64,000 nucleotides of DNA from the NCBI RefSeq assembly GCF_030028105.1, contig NC_092398.1:28676424-28740423 (forward strand). The letters are read 5' to 3'. Source of the DNA: Mobula birostris. Taxonomy: Eukaryota. The stretch's first letter is position 1, and every line of letters begins with the position of its first letter. The notes beneath the pieces were generated by a model. It saw only the letters and a list, made by a program, of their open reading frames with translations, was not told the origin of the DNA and made no database searches. Of the stretch, positions 26,151-39,600 are shown piece after piece. Made by a program: the position numbers and the translations under genes.

Positions 26151-27374
26151 CTGTTATGCTTTAAGAAAGGGTATGGTGTACTCACCTTCAATTAGTCAGG
26201 GAATTTAATTCAAGAGTGAGGAGGTAATGTTGCAGCTCTACTAAACTCTGGTTTGACCCCATTTGGAGTATTGTGTTCAGTTCTGGTCACCTCATAGGAA
26301 GGACGTGGAAGCTTTAGAGAGGGTGCAGAGGTGATTTACCGGGATTCTGCCTGGAGTGGTGAGCATGTCTTATGAGAAATGGCTGAGCGAGCTCAGGCTT
26401 TTCTCTTTGGAGCAAAGGAAGGCGAGAGATGACTTCATGGAGGTCTACAAGACGATATCAAGCAGATAGCCACTAAATCTATTCCGCGTTTTTTTCACTT
26501 GCCTATTTCAAAACTTCAGGTCTTTTGCTGCGTTCAATATGATTGGGACTGATACTCTGATCTCAACATATTCTTTCTCTTTCCTTACTCATTTGGATAA
26601 TTTCTACATCCAGAAGTCTATCTTTCTTCTTAAAGGTAACAATAAAGATTAATTTGTCACACGTACATTGAAAGCAAACATACAGAGTAATATGTCGTTT
26701 GCATTAACAACCAACACAACTTAAGGTTGCCACACATTTTGGCACCAACATAATGTTTATCAGAACAATACGAGCAACAAAACAACAACAGAACAGCAAT
26801 AAATCAACGACAACAAAGCAGACTTCATTCCTCCCGACCACCCACACACACACACACACAGATGGTCCTCCAACCCCAGGACAGTCCGCCTTTGAGCATC
26901 CAACCTCCGACGATCTTGCAGATATCAACCTCCAGACTTCCGTTTGACCTTCAGGCTTTGATATTTGTTATTGACCCCAGGACCTGCCAGTGAAAGGACC
27001 TTGAACTCCAGACTTGCCAACTCATGCACTAAAGGGATCACCTGTCCTCATGCCTCCTGCCCACGTGAATCCACAGACCCGGGCAGATTCAGGGGGTCAG
27101 TGCATATTGGCCCATCTTGAAGGTAACCCTCTTCATATAAGCTGGAACAGGTGGTTGGCTTTTAAGCTCTGTGAAACTCAGGAAAAAAAAACACTGCAGA
27201 TACCTGATTGGAATTGTCCAAGATTTCCAGTGTCTCTGTGTTATTTCACTTACACCTCAAGTTTTTTGCCTCATTCATTACGATAATGTCTAATCCCATC
27301 AAAACATGATGCTTTTGTTCTTTCCTCACACTCTTCGATGACTTCTACTTGCAGAAATCTATCTGTCTTCTTAA

Positions 27375-27695
27375 AGATTAAGGTGAAGATTGGCTTTATT
27401 TGTCACATGTACCTTGACACAGACAGTGAAATGCGATGTTTGCATCGAATCAATCAGTGAAGATTGTGCCAAGGGCAGGCTGCGAGTGTCACCATGCTTC
27501 TGGCACCAGGATAGCCTGCCCACAGCTTGCTAACCCTAACTGTACGTGGGAGGAAACAGGAGCTCCTGGAGGAAACACACACCGTCATGGGGAGAAAGTA
27601 CAAACTCCTTACAGGCAGCAGCAGGAATTGATCTCCGATTGGTGATTGCTGATGCTGTAAAGGCATTTTGCTAACCGCTACGCTACAATGCTGCA
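27375..27695 (-). mobile_element. tRNA-derived SINE (V-SINE/HE1-like)
   Basis: Reverse complement has a tRNA-like head (gtagcgtagcggttagc) and the V-domain-like gtttgtactttctccccatgac...gtttcctcc. Confidence 0.75.
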
Positions 27696-28181
27696 AAATC
27701 CTAATGATGTGCCAGACTGGCAGATTTTTCTAGGCTGTTAGATGTTGTCTTTTAACACCCCAGCCTGCGCAATTTTATTTGTAACGTATGAATGATAATG
27801 AAATAATTATTCCCATGAATAAAGTGAGCCCTGATGAGTTTAAATGTGAATAATTCCTTTAAGGAGGTGTCACAGATAGATAGGGTTGTGAAGGGAGCTT
27901 TTGGCACACTGACATTCATAAATCAATGTACTGAGTACAGGAGTTTGTGATATTATATTGAAATTGCATGAGACATAGGTGAGGCCTAATTTGGAGTATT
28001 GTGTACAGTTCTTATCACTCACCGAAGGAAGAATATCAATAAGATTAAAAGTGTACAGAAAAAGTTTACAAGGACGTTGATGAGATTTGAGAACCTGAGT
28101 TATAGGGTGTAGGGTAACGTAATTGGGAGAAATGTACTATTGGCCAGAAGAAACTATGGTATGCAATTAGTGGACTTGACG

Positions 28182-29446
28182 TGTTACGTACCCCGTAATG
28201 GGTTAAAGAATCAGCAGAAATGGAACACACCTGGAGTCTGGTTTTGCTGTTAACTAATTCTATTTCATTAGTAACTACGTAATAAAGTAACATAAAATCA
28301 GATAAATCAAACAGGTTAGCACAGTTAATGCATATATAGGTGTGGAAATACAGAACCTAAACTTCTTCAAGCTTAGGTGGTAATTGATACAGTCTTACAA
28401 TGGTATTGTAAACGAAGTAAATTCAGTTCATGATGCACAGGTTAATTAATGCGAGATGTTTGTAATTCAAAGGCGGATGTTGTGAGAAGGCAATTACATC
28501 GATATTCCACAGATTCCGCGACAGCAATACAAAATAACAATAGTAGTAGGTTTTATCTTGGAAGTTGTTCCACTCCACACACAAAATATCACCGACAGTG
28601 ACCTTCAACGAATATCCTTTCAACACAAGTGGTAGCACAGCCTAATTTAGCTATGGGACATCTCAAAGTGGTGGCCACAGGATACTCCAGTGGATACTTC
28701 AGGATACGTATGGATTATCACCAACAGTAGCTTATCACAAAGGGGACCCTCTTCAAGGGAACCACCACCCAGGCAAAGGGTCGACACACTGGTAGATTCC
28801 ACAGGGTTACCCCAAACATGATAACCACTTATCCAGTTCCACGACATACAAAATAACTCCAACAGTGATTTGCCACAGGGGTGCCTTTCTTCAGTGAACT
28901 ACCACACCCAGACAAAAGGGTAAACACACACGTGGTGTTCACAAAGGTTTTCCCCTCACCAGAGAACCCACTCCTGTGGATTAACTAAGTGACAATCACA
29001 CTTCCGTAGTCGAATGGAAACAAACTCACCCTCATGGGCTACTTTGGGAGAGAGTCCAAACAGTGATCTCTTTGTCCTCAGGTTTCTTCTGTTTCAAACC
29101 TATCTCTCCTCTCTTCTCTTCCTGCAAACTTGTTCTAGTTGCAGAAAACTTGTGAGAGTCATTTATCAATACTCAGGATCGATCTCAACTCACCCCTTTA
29201 GGGCTACTGAAAGTTTAAACCAGCGACCAACTTACTGGTGTCTTCCATTGACTCTAACTGTGTCTGCCTGTGTGTCCTTGTATATTCAAAACAAGCTGCA
29301 GAGAAACCATAACATCAATTGTCCATCAAATAACTCCTTCTCTCTCTCTCTGGAGCAGTTGAAACAGCGTCCAGAAGTCAGTCTCATTCTCCCGACGTTT
29401 TAAAGTGACAGTCCACAGAAAATATGAACCCTAGGGGTACATAACA
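28182..29446. mobile_element. Solo-LTR-like element (TG...CA) with 4-bp TSD
   Basis: Ends are tgttacgtacccc...ggggtacataaca; TSD gacg at 28178-28181 and 29447-29450; no ORF. Confidence 0.8.
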
Positions 29447-30344
29447 GACGCATCAAAGCAGGGAAGCAGACAAACTAATTGTCTTTGTTTTCCCCTCCCA
29501 CTCCATTTTGTGGACTCTGAACTGATTATTGCTCTGGGATAATCTAATCAGAGTAATTGAATGTTGACACAAAGAAGCTTGAAATAATGACCTTAAACCT
29601 GTGAGCATTTCAGACAAGTAGATATTTATGTAAGATGCTAGCCCCTACCAAAAAGCCAGCTGTAATTTCATTAGACTCTGTCTGGGTCGCCTCATTAAAC
29701 TGCTTTGGACCAGTCAAAGCTACAAATACACAAGGTGGGCAGAACCATGAAACAAAGTTGGTTGTAGCCCTGTATAAGGATCAGTGAGAAGGTGACCTTG
29801 AGCCAATGGGATGGAGATCCACCAGTTCAACTTATGAGGAACACTACGAGTCAATAGCTCAAAATACACAGGGGTGAAGACCACGAAGGACGCCTCGGCA
29901 GTGTAGCCCCCTTTCCCTGGGTAATATCTTTTCTTTTCATGTACTGTTCATGGGGGGGCATCAGGGATTCTAGTGGGGTCCACACAGGTAGTTAGTTTGT
30001 GAACCCATGTGCTTTTCAGATGAGACAATAAAAGTTACTTGTCGGTAATTACAGATACTCTGTGCCTCACTGATCAATATTACAAGGGGTGATTCTTGTA
30101 ATAGGTTCATGGTTAAAAAGGGTTTCAAAGGTTATGGGGCAAGGCTGGAGAATGGGGTAGAGAAGGAAAATAGATCAGCCATGACTGAATGGCAAAATAG
30201 AATCGATGGACTGAATAACCTAACACTTCTCTTATGTCTTATGGTCTCTTATGGCATATGGTATGTTGCAAGGGGATGTGCTGTAAGAGGAGAGGTGGTC
30301 AGAATATGGGGCGACCTTGTAGAGGTGTATAAGGTCATTCAATA

Positions 30345-31135
30345 GGTGCATTTTATGTCAGAGAAATGTATACAAAATACATTTTGAAATTCTTTTTCTT
30401 CACAGACATCCATAAAAACAGAGGAGTGCCCCAAAGAATGAATGACAGTTAAAACATTTGAACACCAAAGCGCCCCCCAACTCCCCCTCCCACCCATAAG
30501 CAGCAGCAAGGCAATGACACCCTTCCACCCCAACCAGCACAAAAGCATCAGCACCCTCCACTGAGCACTCAAGCGTGCAACAAAGCATCAGTAAAGACAC
30601 AGACTTGCAGTTCCCCAAAAGCTACTTGTTCACCCAGTAATTCGACATACCACAGGCGCTTTCTCTCCCTAATAAGGGAAAAAGAGGTGTCCTCGTTTCA
30701 CAGTGAGAGGGGAGACATAACAAACAACTTGCTGAGTTACGATGTTAAAAGTCCGTTGCGTCAGACTTGGCATCAGAAAGGCGCAGCTCCCCGGACACAC
30801 AACCCCCGGCAGCTAACCTGCTGCTCCTGATGTTCCGTGTTCTCCCAGAACGCTTCAGTGAGTGGCACTAGCCTCACATCAGCACGTCCCCAGAGCCACG
30901 AAATCCCAGAATCCTGAAGGCGCACTAGTGTTCCAGGACGCGTCCTTGGGATATCAAAAACCGGCCGGTCATGAGCCCTGAGAGCGGGTTCCATTCCCGC
31001 AAAGAACTGAAGTCAGTGTGTAACTCCAGGTCAAAAGAACACCCTGAAAAGGGGAAAAAAGAGATATCTGAGATAGAAATAAAGTTGTTTCCAAAGATGC
31101 AAGCAAAGGCGTCACCATTTGGCGCCATCTTAACT
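30345..31135 (-). mobile_element. Unclassified dispersed repeat, copy 2 (same family as 5575-6330)
   Basis: Collinear inverted match to 5575-6330. Confidence 0.75.
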
Positions 31136-34099
31136 TTGCCCCGCCTTCAAATTTAAGTTGTTTTACAATTTTCACATGTATTGAGGTACAATAACAAGCT
31201 CAGAGATTGTGGCTGAGAAGGAAAATGGATCAGCCATGATGCAATGGTGGAGAAAACTCGATGGGCCAAATGGTCTACTCTGCTGCTATATCTTATGGTC
31301 TTATGATAGGAAGCAGGAAGCAGATGGTGAGGGTTGAAGGTTGTGTCTCGGAACGGTGGCTGGTGACTAGTTGGCTGCCACAGGGTTGGTCACAAGTTCA
31401 CCAGACCTGATCACTAAGGTTGTGGACAACACAAAATGATGCATTTTGTAAGGCAAACCAACATGGAACTGTACTGTCAATGGTTGGATGAGACAGGATC
31501 ATTTACATGGGACCCGAGGATCAATGATCTTATTTACACAGAGGGTGGTAAGTAGTTGGAATGATCTGTCAGAGGAAGTGGTTGAGGCGGACATAACAGT
31601 ATCACTGAAGAGGTATTTGCATAGATTTGGTTGCAAAGAGAAATGCTGTTTTATATATACAGTGTTTTTAGATTTTGTGATGGTGAGGATTGGAGAGATA
31701 TTGTCCAAATTCAGGAAAATGGGACAAACTGAGAGGGCACCATGGTTTGCATGGATTGGCTGGGCTGAAAGGCCTGTATCCATGCTGGATTGCTCTTTGA
31801 CTCTTCAAGACTCTATGAGACGAGTTAGAAGCTGTCCAGGACAGTAGTAACAGAAAGGCATGGGGAAGAAACATGGAAGGACAGGGAAGGGGACAGTAAC
31901 AGAGAGAAAGACAGACAAAGAGAGATACAGAGAAGGAGGGAGATGAAGGGTGAAAGAGAGAGAGGGAGAGAGAGAGAAGGAGGGAGACAGAAGGGAAGGA
32001 GAAGAGGCAGGTGGAGGGTAGGAGGAGACGGGGAAGCAGAGGTAGAAAGGTTTGGGGAAACAGAGTGGGGGTGATGGGGGAGATGGTGCAGGGGTAAGAC
32101 AGAAAAAGAGCAACTGAGAGACAAAGACCATACCCCAATTTAAAACCGTAACCCCAATTACTAACCCTAAGCCTCTAGTCACTGACCTAGTCCCAACTCT
32201 TTACCTCACCTCCAGTCGTCATGTTACTCCTTACATGTTATAAATTTCCGGTAACGTTCAGGATTTAGTCTAGAGGCTTAGAGTTAGTTCCAGCGCATCC
32301 TTTCTTCGATAAGGGGCCCAGAAGTTCCCACAATACTCTCACCAATGCCTTAAAAAGCCTCAGCATGACATTGTTGCTTTTATATTCTAGTCCTCGTGAA
32401 ATGAGAGTCTCCCTCGCTGTATCTCCCCCACCTCCTGACATTTCTACTCAAGCCACTGACTTCCCTCCAGTAGGGAATGGGAGGTCTCAGCTCACTCCCA
32501 CTGACTGAATTCTGCCACTCACCTAAGCCTTTGTTTGGTTCCTCTGGTAGAAGAAACCACCGTGTGAATATTGAATGCTGTGGACTAGACTGGAAAAAAT
32601 GTAAGTGAATTACTTTCTTGCCCTGTAAGGTGCATTCAGGTCCCATGATGGTGCGATGGGAAGAGGTCAGAGTATTGTGAGCAGTTTTGGGCCCTTTACC
32701 TGAGAATAGATTTGCTGGCATTGAAGGGAGCCTACAGGGGGTTCATGAGAATGGTCCCGGAATGAAAGAGTTAACTTATGAGGAGCGTTTGATTTTTCTG
32801 GGCCTGTACTCACTGGAGTTTGGAAGAATCAGGGGGAATATTCATTGTAACTTACTAGTTAGTGGAAGTCCCAGATAGAGAACATGAGGAGAGAATGTTT
32901 CTTATAGTGAGGGAGTCTAGGAACAGAGGGCACAGCTTCAGAATAGGCCATTGCTTTAGAACAGAGATGACGAGGAATTTCTTTAGCGGTGAATCTGTAA
33001 AATTCATTGTCACAGTCAGCTGTGGAGATCGAGACAAGGGATGTCTTTAAAGTGGAGGTTGATAGATTCTTGGTTAGTAAGGGTGTCAAAGGTTACAGGA
33101 CAAGGCTAGAGAATGGGACAGAGAGGGAAAATGGAATGATGGAAAGGCAGAACATAATAGATGGGTCAAAAGGCCTAACACTACTCCTGTGTCTTATGGT
33201 CTCTTCTGGCATATGACAGTTGCAAAGGGAGGTGCTGTAAGAAGGGTGCAGTGAGAATGTGGGGTGATCTTGTAGAGGTGTATCAAGTCATACATAAGTT
33301 GTTTTGCTGTTGTCACATGAACCAAAGTACAATAAAAAGTGTATCTTGCATAGCGTTCATGCAGATCAAATCATTATGTAACGCTCAGGTCTATCGGCTG
33401 GTGTTTATCCAGGAAACCCTGTCCGCCTGCCCAACTGTGTCTCACGGTTGCGTTGTTGCTGTGTAATGCCACCTGGTACAAACTCACACGTATCAGACAG
33501 CACACAATGTATGATTTACAGATTACACTTTATAATTCTTACTGGAACTATGAAATAAATAGAGATACAATATAAAAGGGAAAGAGAAAGGCGCCAGACT
33601 TATCAGAGTTCAACCTCTTCATGCACACAAGTTGTAGCTGAAATAACGGGGCTTCTCTCCACCATGCGATCCTCTCCGACCACCTTGACTCGCTGCTCAG
33701 GACCAACCACGGTGGTCGACCAGAGCGCTTCCAGCACGCCCTTCTTCTCCGGGTCTCCTCCCGAAAAGCCTGCCAAACCACACGGTTCCCAGCCATATGA
33801 GACAGAATATCACCCACAGAAAGATTAACATGGACACCCATTGGTTCGTTCGCTCCCTTATCAATAATATAACTCAAACAAGCAGAGAGAGAGAGCATCC
33901 TTACATCGCAGTATTTATTACAGACAAGCCATGTTTAATTCCAACATAACAAAAAAGCCATTTTAAGAGCCTTCGCAGTAACATAGAAGAAGAAAGCCCT
34001 TACAATTACATGGTGCATTGAGGTAGAACAAGGTAAAGCAAAAAAATAATTCACAGTAAAATGTCAGAGCAACAGAGAATATTCTGCAGGATAGGCAAT

Positions 34100-35580
34100 A
34101 AGGATGAGATGGACTACACTCCAGGGATCTGAAAGGGGTGTCTGTAGAGATAGTGGAGGCATTGATGATGATCTTTCAAGAATCACTAGATTCTGTAATT
34201 GTTTTGGAGTACTGGAAAATTGCAAACGTCACTCCACTCTTCAAGAAGGGAGAGAGGCAAAAGAAAGAAAATGGTAGGTCAGTTAGTCTGACTTCAGTGG
34301 TTGGGAAGATGTTGGAGCCGATTGTCAAGGAAGAGGTTTTGTGGGTACTTGGAGGCACATGATAAAATTGGCCATGGTTTCCTTAAGGAGATATCTTGCC
34401 TGACAAATCTGTTGGAATTCTTTGAGGAAATAACAGGCAGGACAGACAAAGGAGTCAGTGAGTTTTGTGTACTTAGATGTTCAGAAGGCCTTTGACAAGG
34501 TGCCACACATAAGGCTGCTTAACAAGATAAGTATCTGTGTTATTACAGAAAAGATACTAGCATGGAGAAAACAGTAGCAAATTGGCAGGAGACAAAGAAT
34601 TTAAATTAAGGTAGCCTTTTCTGGTTGGCTGCCAGTAACTAGTGGTGTTCCACAGGGGTCTGTGTTGGGACGGCTTCTTTTTACGTTATATGTCAATGAC
34701 TTGGATGACAGAATTGATGGCTTTGTTGTAGAGTTTTCAGACAATACTAAAATAGATGGAGGGGTATGTAGTTTTCAGGAAGTAGAAAGAATACAGAAGG
34801 ATTAGACATTAAGAGAATAGGCAACGAAGTGGCAGATGAATACAGTGTCAGAAAGTGTATGGTTATGAACTTTGGTAGAAGAAATAAAAGGGGTAGATTA
34901 TTTTCTAAGTAGAAAAAAAAATCAAAAATCTGAGGTGCAAGGGAACTTGGGAGTCCTTGTGCAGGATTCCCGAAAGGTTGAGTGGGTGGTGAGGAAGGCA
35001 AATGTGATGTAAGTATTCATTTCAAGAGGACTAGAATATAAAAGCAAGGATATAATGTTGAGGCTTTATAAAGCACTGGTGAGGCCTCACTTGCAGTATT
35101 GAGCAGTTTTGTGCCCCTTATCTAACAAAGGATGTGTTGACATTGGAAAGGTTCAAGGGAAGTTCATTAAAATGATTCCAGGATTGAGAGGCTTGTCATA
35201 GGAAGAGCATTTGATGGTTCAGGCCTGTACTCACTGGAATTCAGAAGAATGAGGGGTGACCAAATTGAAACTTATTGAATGTTGAAATGCCTCTTTGAAG
35301 TGGATGTGGAGAGCATGCTTCCTGTGGTGGAATATCTAAAACCAGAGGACACAGCCTCTGAGAGGTATTCTTTTTGAACGGAGATGAGGAGGAATTTCTT
35401 TAGCCAGAGAGTGGTGAATCTGTGAATTTTTTTGCTACAGGTGGCTGTGAGGGCAAGTCTTTAAGTATATTTAAGGTAGAGGTTGATAGGATTCTTGATT
35501 AGTCAAGGCATGAAGGGATGCAGGAAGAAGGCACAAGATTGGAGCTGAGAGGGAAAATGGGGCAGCCATGTTAAAATAGT
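34100..35580 (+). mobile_element. CR1 LINE RT fragment, degenerate
   Basis: [22 protein letters not shown] and GVPQGSVLG motifs with stops. Confidence 0.88.
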
Positions 35581-38229
35581 GGAACAGACTCGATGGGGTA
35601 GGAAGCAGAGGGTGGGGGTTGAAGGTTGTGTCTTGCAATGGCGGCTGGTGACTAGTGGGCTGCCACAGGGTTGGTCATAAATTCACTAGGCCTGATCACT
35701 GAGGTTCTGGATGACACAAAATGATGCATTCTGGGAAGGCAAACCAACACGGAATTGTACTGTCGATGGTCGGGTGAGACAGGATCATATACAAGGAACC
35801 TGTGGTTCAACCTATTTATTTATTCAGAGGGTGGTAAGTAGATGGAATGATCTGTCAGAGGAAGTGGTTGAGGCAGATACAATAGCATCACTGAAGAGGT
35901 ATTTGCATAGGTTTGCTTGCAAAGAATGCCAGTTTTATATCCAGAGCATCTTTATATTAGTGTGCATCATTGGGATGGTGAGGATTGTATGGATATTGGC
36001 CAAATTCAGGAAAATCGGAGAAGCTGAATGGATTGCACCGACTGACTGGGCCAAAAGGCCTGTATGTGTGTGCTCAATTGCTCTATGATTCTCTGAGACT
36101 CTGATACGAGGTAGAAGTTGTCCTCAGCTAATAATGAATGGTAATAAGAGAGGGTGGAGGGGCAGAAAGATGGAACGACAGAGAGGGGGACAGTAACAGA
36201 GAGAAATAGACAAAGAGAGAGACAGAGAGCGAGGGAAATGAAGGGGGAAAGACAAGGTGGACGACGGAGGGGGGATAGAGACAAAAGTGGGAGGGGAGAG
36301 AGAGAGGATACAGAGTGGGGGTGATGGGGGAATCGGAGTGGGGCTGGCAGAGCGGAGGAAGACAGAGAGGAAGGGTGAGGGAGACAGAGAGAGGGAGCGA
36401 GAAACAGAGCAACTGAGAGACAGAGACACATACCCCAATTTGTAACACACACCCCCACCGCTAATTTTAAGCCCTCGGGCCCTGACTCTGACCTAGTCCC
36501 TAATCTTACCTCATCTCCAGTTGTCATGTTACTCTTTTCAGTCTTTTCTACCTTCTTCCCAATGGGAGGGGTGTGTGGCATCTCCAAGGGGCATAAATCG
36601 GGTGAATGCAGATAGCCCTTTTTTCCAGGACAGGGGAATCAAGAGCTAGAGGACAAAGGTTTAGGTAAGAGGGGAGAGATGTAATAGGAACCTGAGGGTC
36701 TATTTTTCCACAGAAAGGGTGGTTCATACCTGGAACCAGCTGCCAGAGTTTGGAATGGAAAGGTTGAGGCAGGTATATTAACAATGTTTAAAATACGCCT
36801 GGATAGCTACATAGGCATAAGACACGGGAGCAGAATTAGGCCATTCAGTCCATCCAGACTGTTCCACCATCCATTATTAGCTCTGTTATTTTCTCAACCC
36901 CATTCTCCTGCTTCCTCCCATAACATTTGATGTCCTTTCTGATGAAGAATCTGTCAATCTCTGCTTTAAATATACCCAATGATTATGCCTCCACAGCCGA
37001 CTGTGGCAATGCATTTCATAGATTCACCATGTTCCAGCAAAAGAAATTTCTCCTCACCTCTGACTTAAAGCCTCCTATTCTGAGGTTGTGACCCTGGTGC
37101 TAGACCCCCTCACTACTGGAAACTCCCTCTCCATGCCCACTCCATCCTGGCCTTTCAATATTTGATAGGTGTCAATGAGAATCCCCACCCCAATCGTTCT
37201 TCTGTGCTCCAGGCCTAGAGCCATCAAATGCTACATGGATGGGAAGGGTTAACAGGGGGATGGAGCAAACACTGCAAATGGGACCATCTCAGATGGAAAC
37301 TTGGGTCAGCACAGACCAGTTGGGCAGAAGGGCCTGTTGTCTTACTGTATGACTCTTTAATATTCTGAAAGACGAGGAAGGGAGAAGGCATGTTAGGTCT
37401 TCAATGAAGCTTAGGACAAGCAGTTCGGCCATTTTGGGAGAGGCTGCTGTGAGAGTGGGTCCTTGCATAGGCTTCAGCATGAAGAAGCTTAGTGCATGGC
37501 CCAGGTTCTCGGCGCAAGGGCAGGAACTTTAGAAAGAGAAGTCTCATTAATTGACTAATTGCAGGACGGAACAAAATAAGTTATTCCAAAACACTCAGCA
37601 AATGAGATACATAACACAGTTGTTGCAAACAAGACCCTAAATAGTAGAGTGGCAATGTATGCATTTTGGTCTGGAAACATTGATTTAGCCTGTCTTGTCA
37701 TTTTGTTGTAGACTTGGATCTATTTTCTCAGACTTAAGTGCAGGACAAAATAAATGATTCCAAAGCACTCAACACTAATTTAGCTGATTTGGTAGTTTTC
37801 TTACACAACCGGATCTACCGTGGCCACTTTATTAGGTACACCTGTTCACCTGCTTGTTAATGCATATATCTAATCAGCCAATCATGTGGCAGCAACTCAA
37901 TGCATAACAGCATGTAGACATGGTCAAGAGGTTCAGTTGTTGTTCAGATCAAATATCAGAGTGGAGGAACAAAAGTGATCGAAGTGACTGTGACCTTGGA
38001 ATGATTGTTCGTACCAAATGGGATGGTTGAGCATCTCAGAAACTGCTGAGAGGTCAGAAAAGAATGGTTCAAACCGACAGGAAGGCAATATTAACTCAAA
38101 TAACCATGCATTATGAAGGTGGTGTGCAGAAGAGCATCTCTGAATGCTCAAAACTTAAAGTGGATGCGCTCTAGCAGCAGAAGATCGTGAAGTTACAACA
38201 GTGGCCACTTTATTAGGTACAGTAGGTAA

Positions 38230-39600
38230 GTCCAGATGGAGTTGCTTTATTGGTTAAAGGAACCAAGCAGGAAGTCTTCCACAGCACCGGTATCTTTTCC
38301 TGACTCAGTCTCAGATTGTAGTGCATCAAAATACCAGAGAGCAGGTACCCACCTGCTTCAAAGGAGTGACGGTAATACCAGTGCCCAAGAAGAGCAGGGT
38401 GATTTGACTCAACAACTGTTGCCCAGTGGCACTTACATCTACTGTGCTGATGTGTTTTGAGAGGGTAATGATGGCTGCAATCAATTCCTGCCTTAGCACC
38501 GACCTGGACCTGCTGCAATTTACCTAATAAATCTACAGTGTTTGCAATATCACTGGCTCTCCATCTGGTCTTGGATCACCTGGACAATAGTAATACTTAT
38601 CTCGGGCTGCTGTTTATTGACTACAGCTCAGCATTCAACACAATCATACCCTCGGTACAAATCAACAAGTTCCAAAGCCTGGGCCTCTGTATCTCCCTCT
38701 CCAGCTGCATCCTTGACTTCCTCTCTGGGAGACTACAGTCTGTGCAGATTGAAAATTCCTCACTGACAATCAACACTGGCGCAACTCAAGAATGAGGGCT
38801 TAGCTCACTGTTCTACTCCCTCTACACTCACGATTGTGGGGCTAGGCACAGCTCAAACACCATCTATAAATTTGCTAACTATGACAGAACTATTGTTGGC
38901 AGAAATTCAGTTGTGACAAGGAGGCACAAAGGAGTGAAATAGGTCAGATGGGTGAGTGGTGTGGCAGCAACAACTTTGCAAGACGAAGGTTGGGGAAGTC
39001 AGGAGGATACACACCAGTCTTCATTGACGGGTGGAAAGGGTGAGCAGTTTCAAGTTCCTGGGTGTCATATCTCTGAGGATCTTACCTGGGTCCAACATAT
39101 TGATGCAAATACAGAGAATGCATGACAGTGGCTATATTTCATTAGGGGTTTGAGGAGATTTGGTATGTCACCAAAGACATGTGCAAATTTCTACATTGGT
39201 ACCATGGAGGGTATGCTAACTGGTTGCATCACCATCTGGTATGGTGGTGCCACTGCAAGTGGTAAACTCAGCTATCTCCATCATGGGCACAAGCCTCCCC
39301 AGCATCTAGGACACCTTCTTAAAGCAATGCCTCGAAGGCAGCATCCATGATTAAGAACCCCATCACCCAGGACATGCCCTCTACTCATTGCTACCATCAA
39401 GGCCGAGGTTCAAGAGCCTGAAGATACACACATTGCAAGAACAGCTACTTCCCCTCTGCCATCAGATTTCTGAATGAACAATAAACCCATGAACATTACC
39501 TCAGTATTTTCCCCTTCTCTATTTGTACAACTTAATTAACTTAGTTTTCTTCTATACATATATATATATACATACTCTTGATTGTAATTTACGGTTTTTA
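38230..39600 (+). mobile_element. Rex1/Babar-like LINE RT and 3' end, degenerate
   Basis: [25 protein letters not shown]...ILDFLSGR.Q motif. Confidence 0.85.

Noticed and set aside
33460-34010. Possible third solo LTR (tgtaat...attaca)
   Set aside because: No matching target-site duplication could be identified, so the boundaries are unsupported.
37290-37430. MAELLVLSFIEDLTCLLPSSSF...ACA|GTAAGA as a possible pseudogene leader
   Set aside because: The donor lies in a CR1 3' tail remnant, the phase is 0 rather than 1, and the h-region contains acidic residues.
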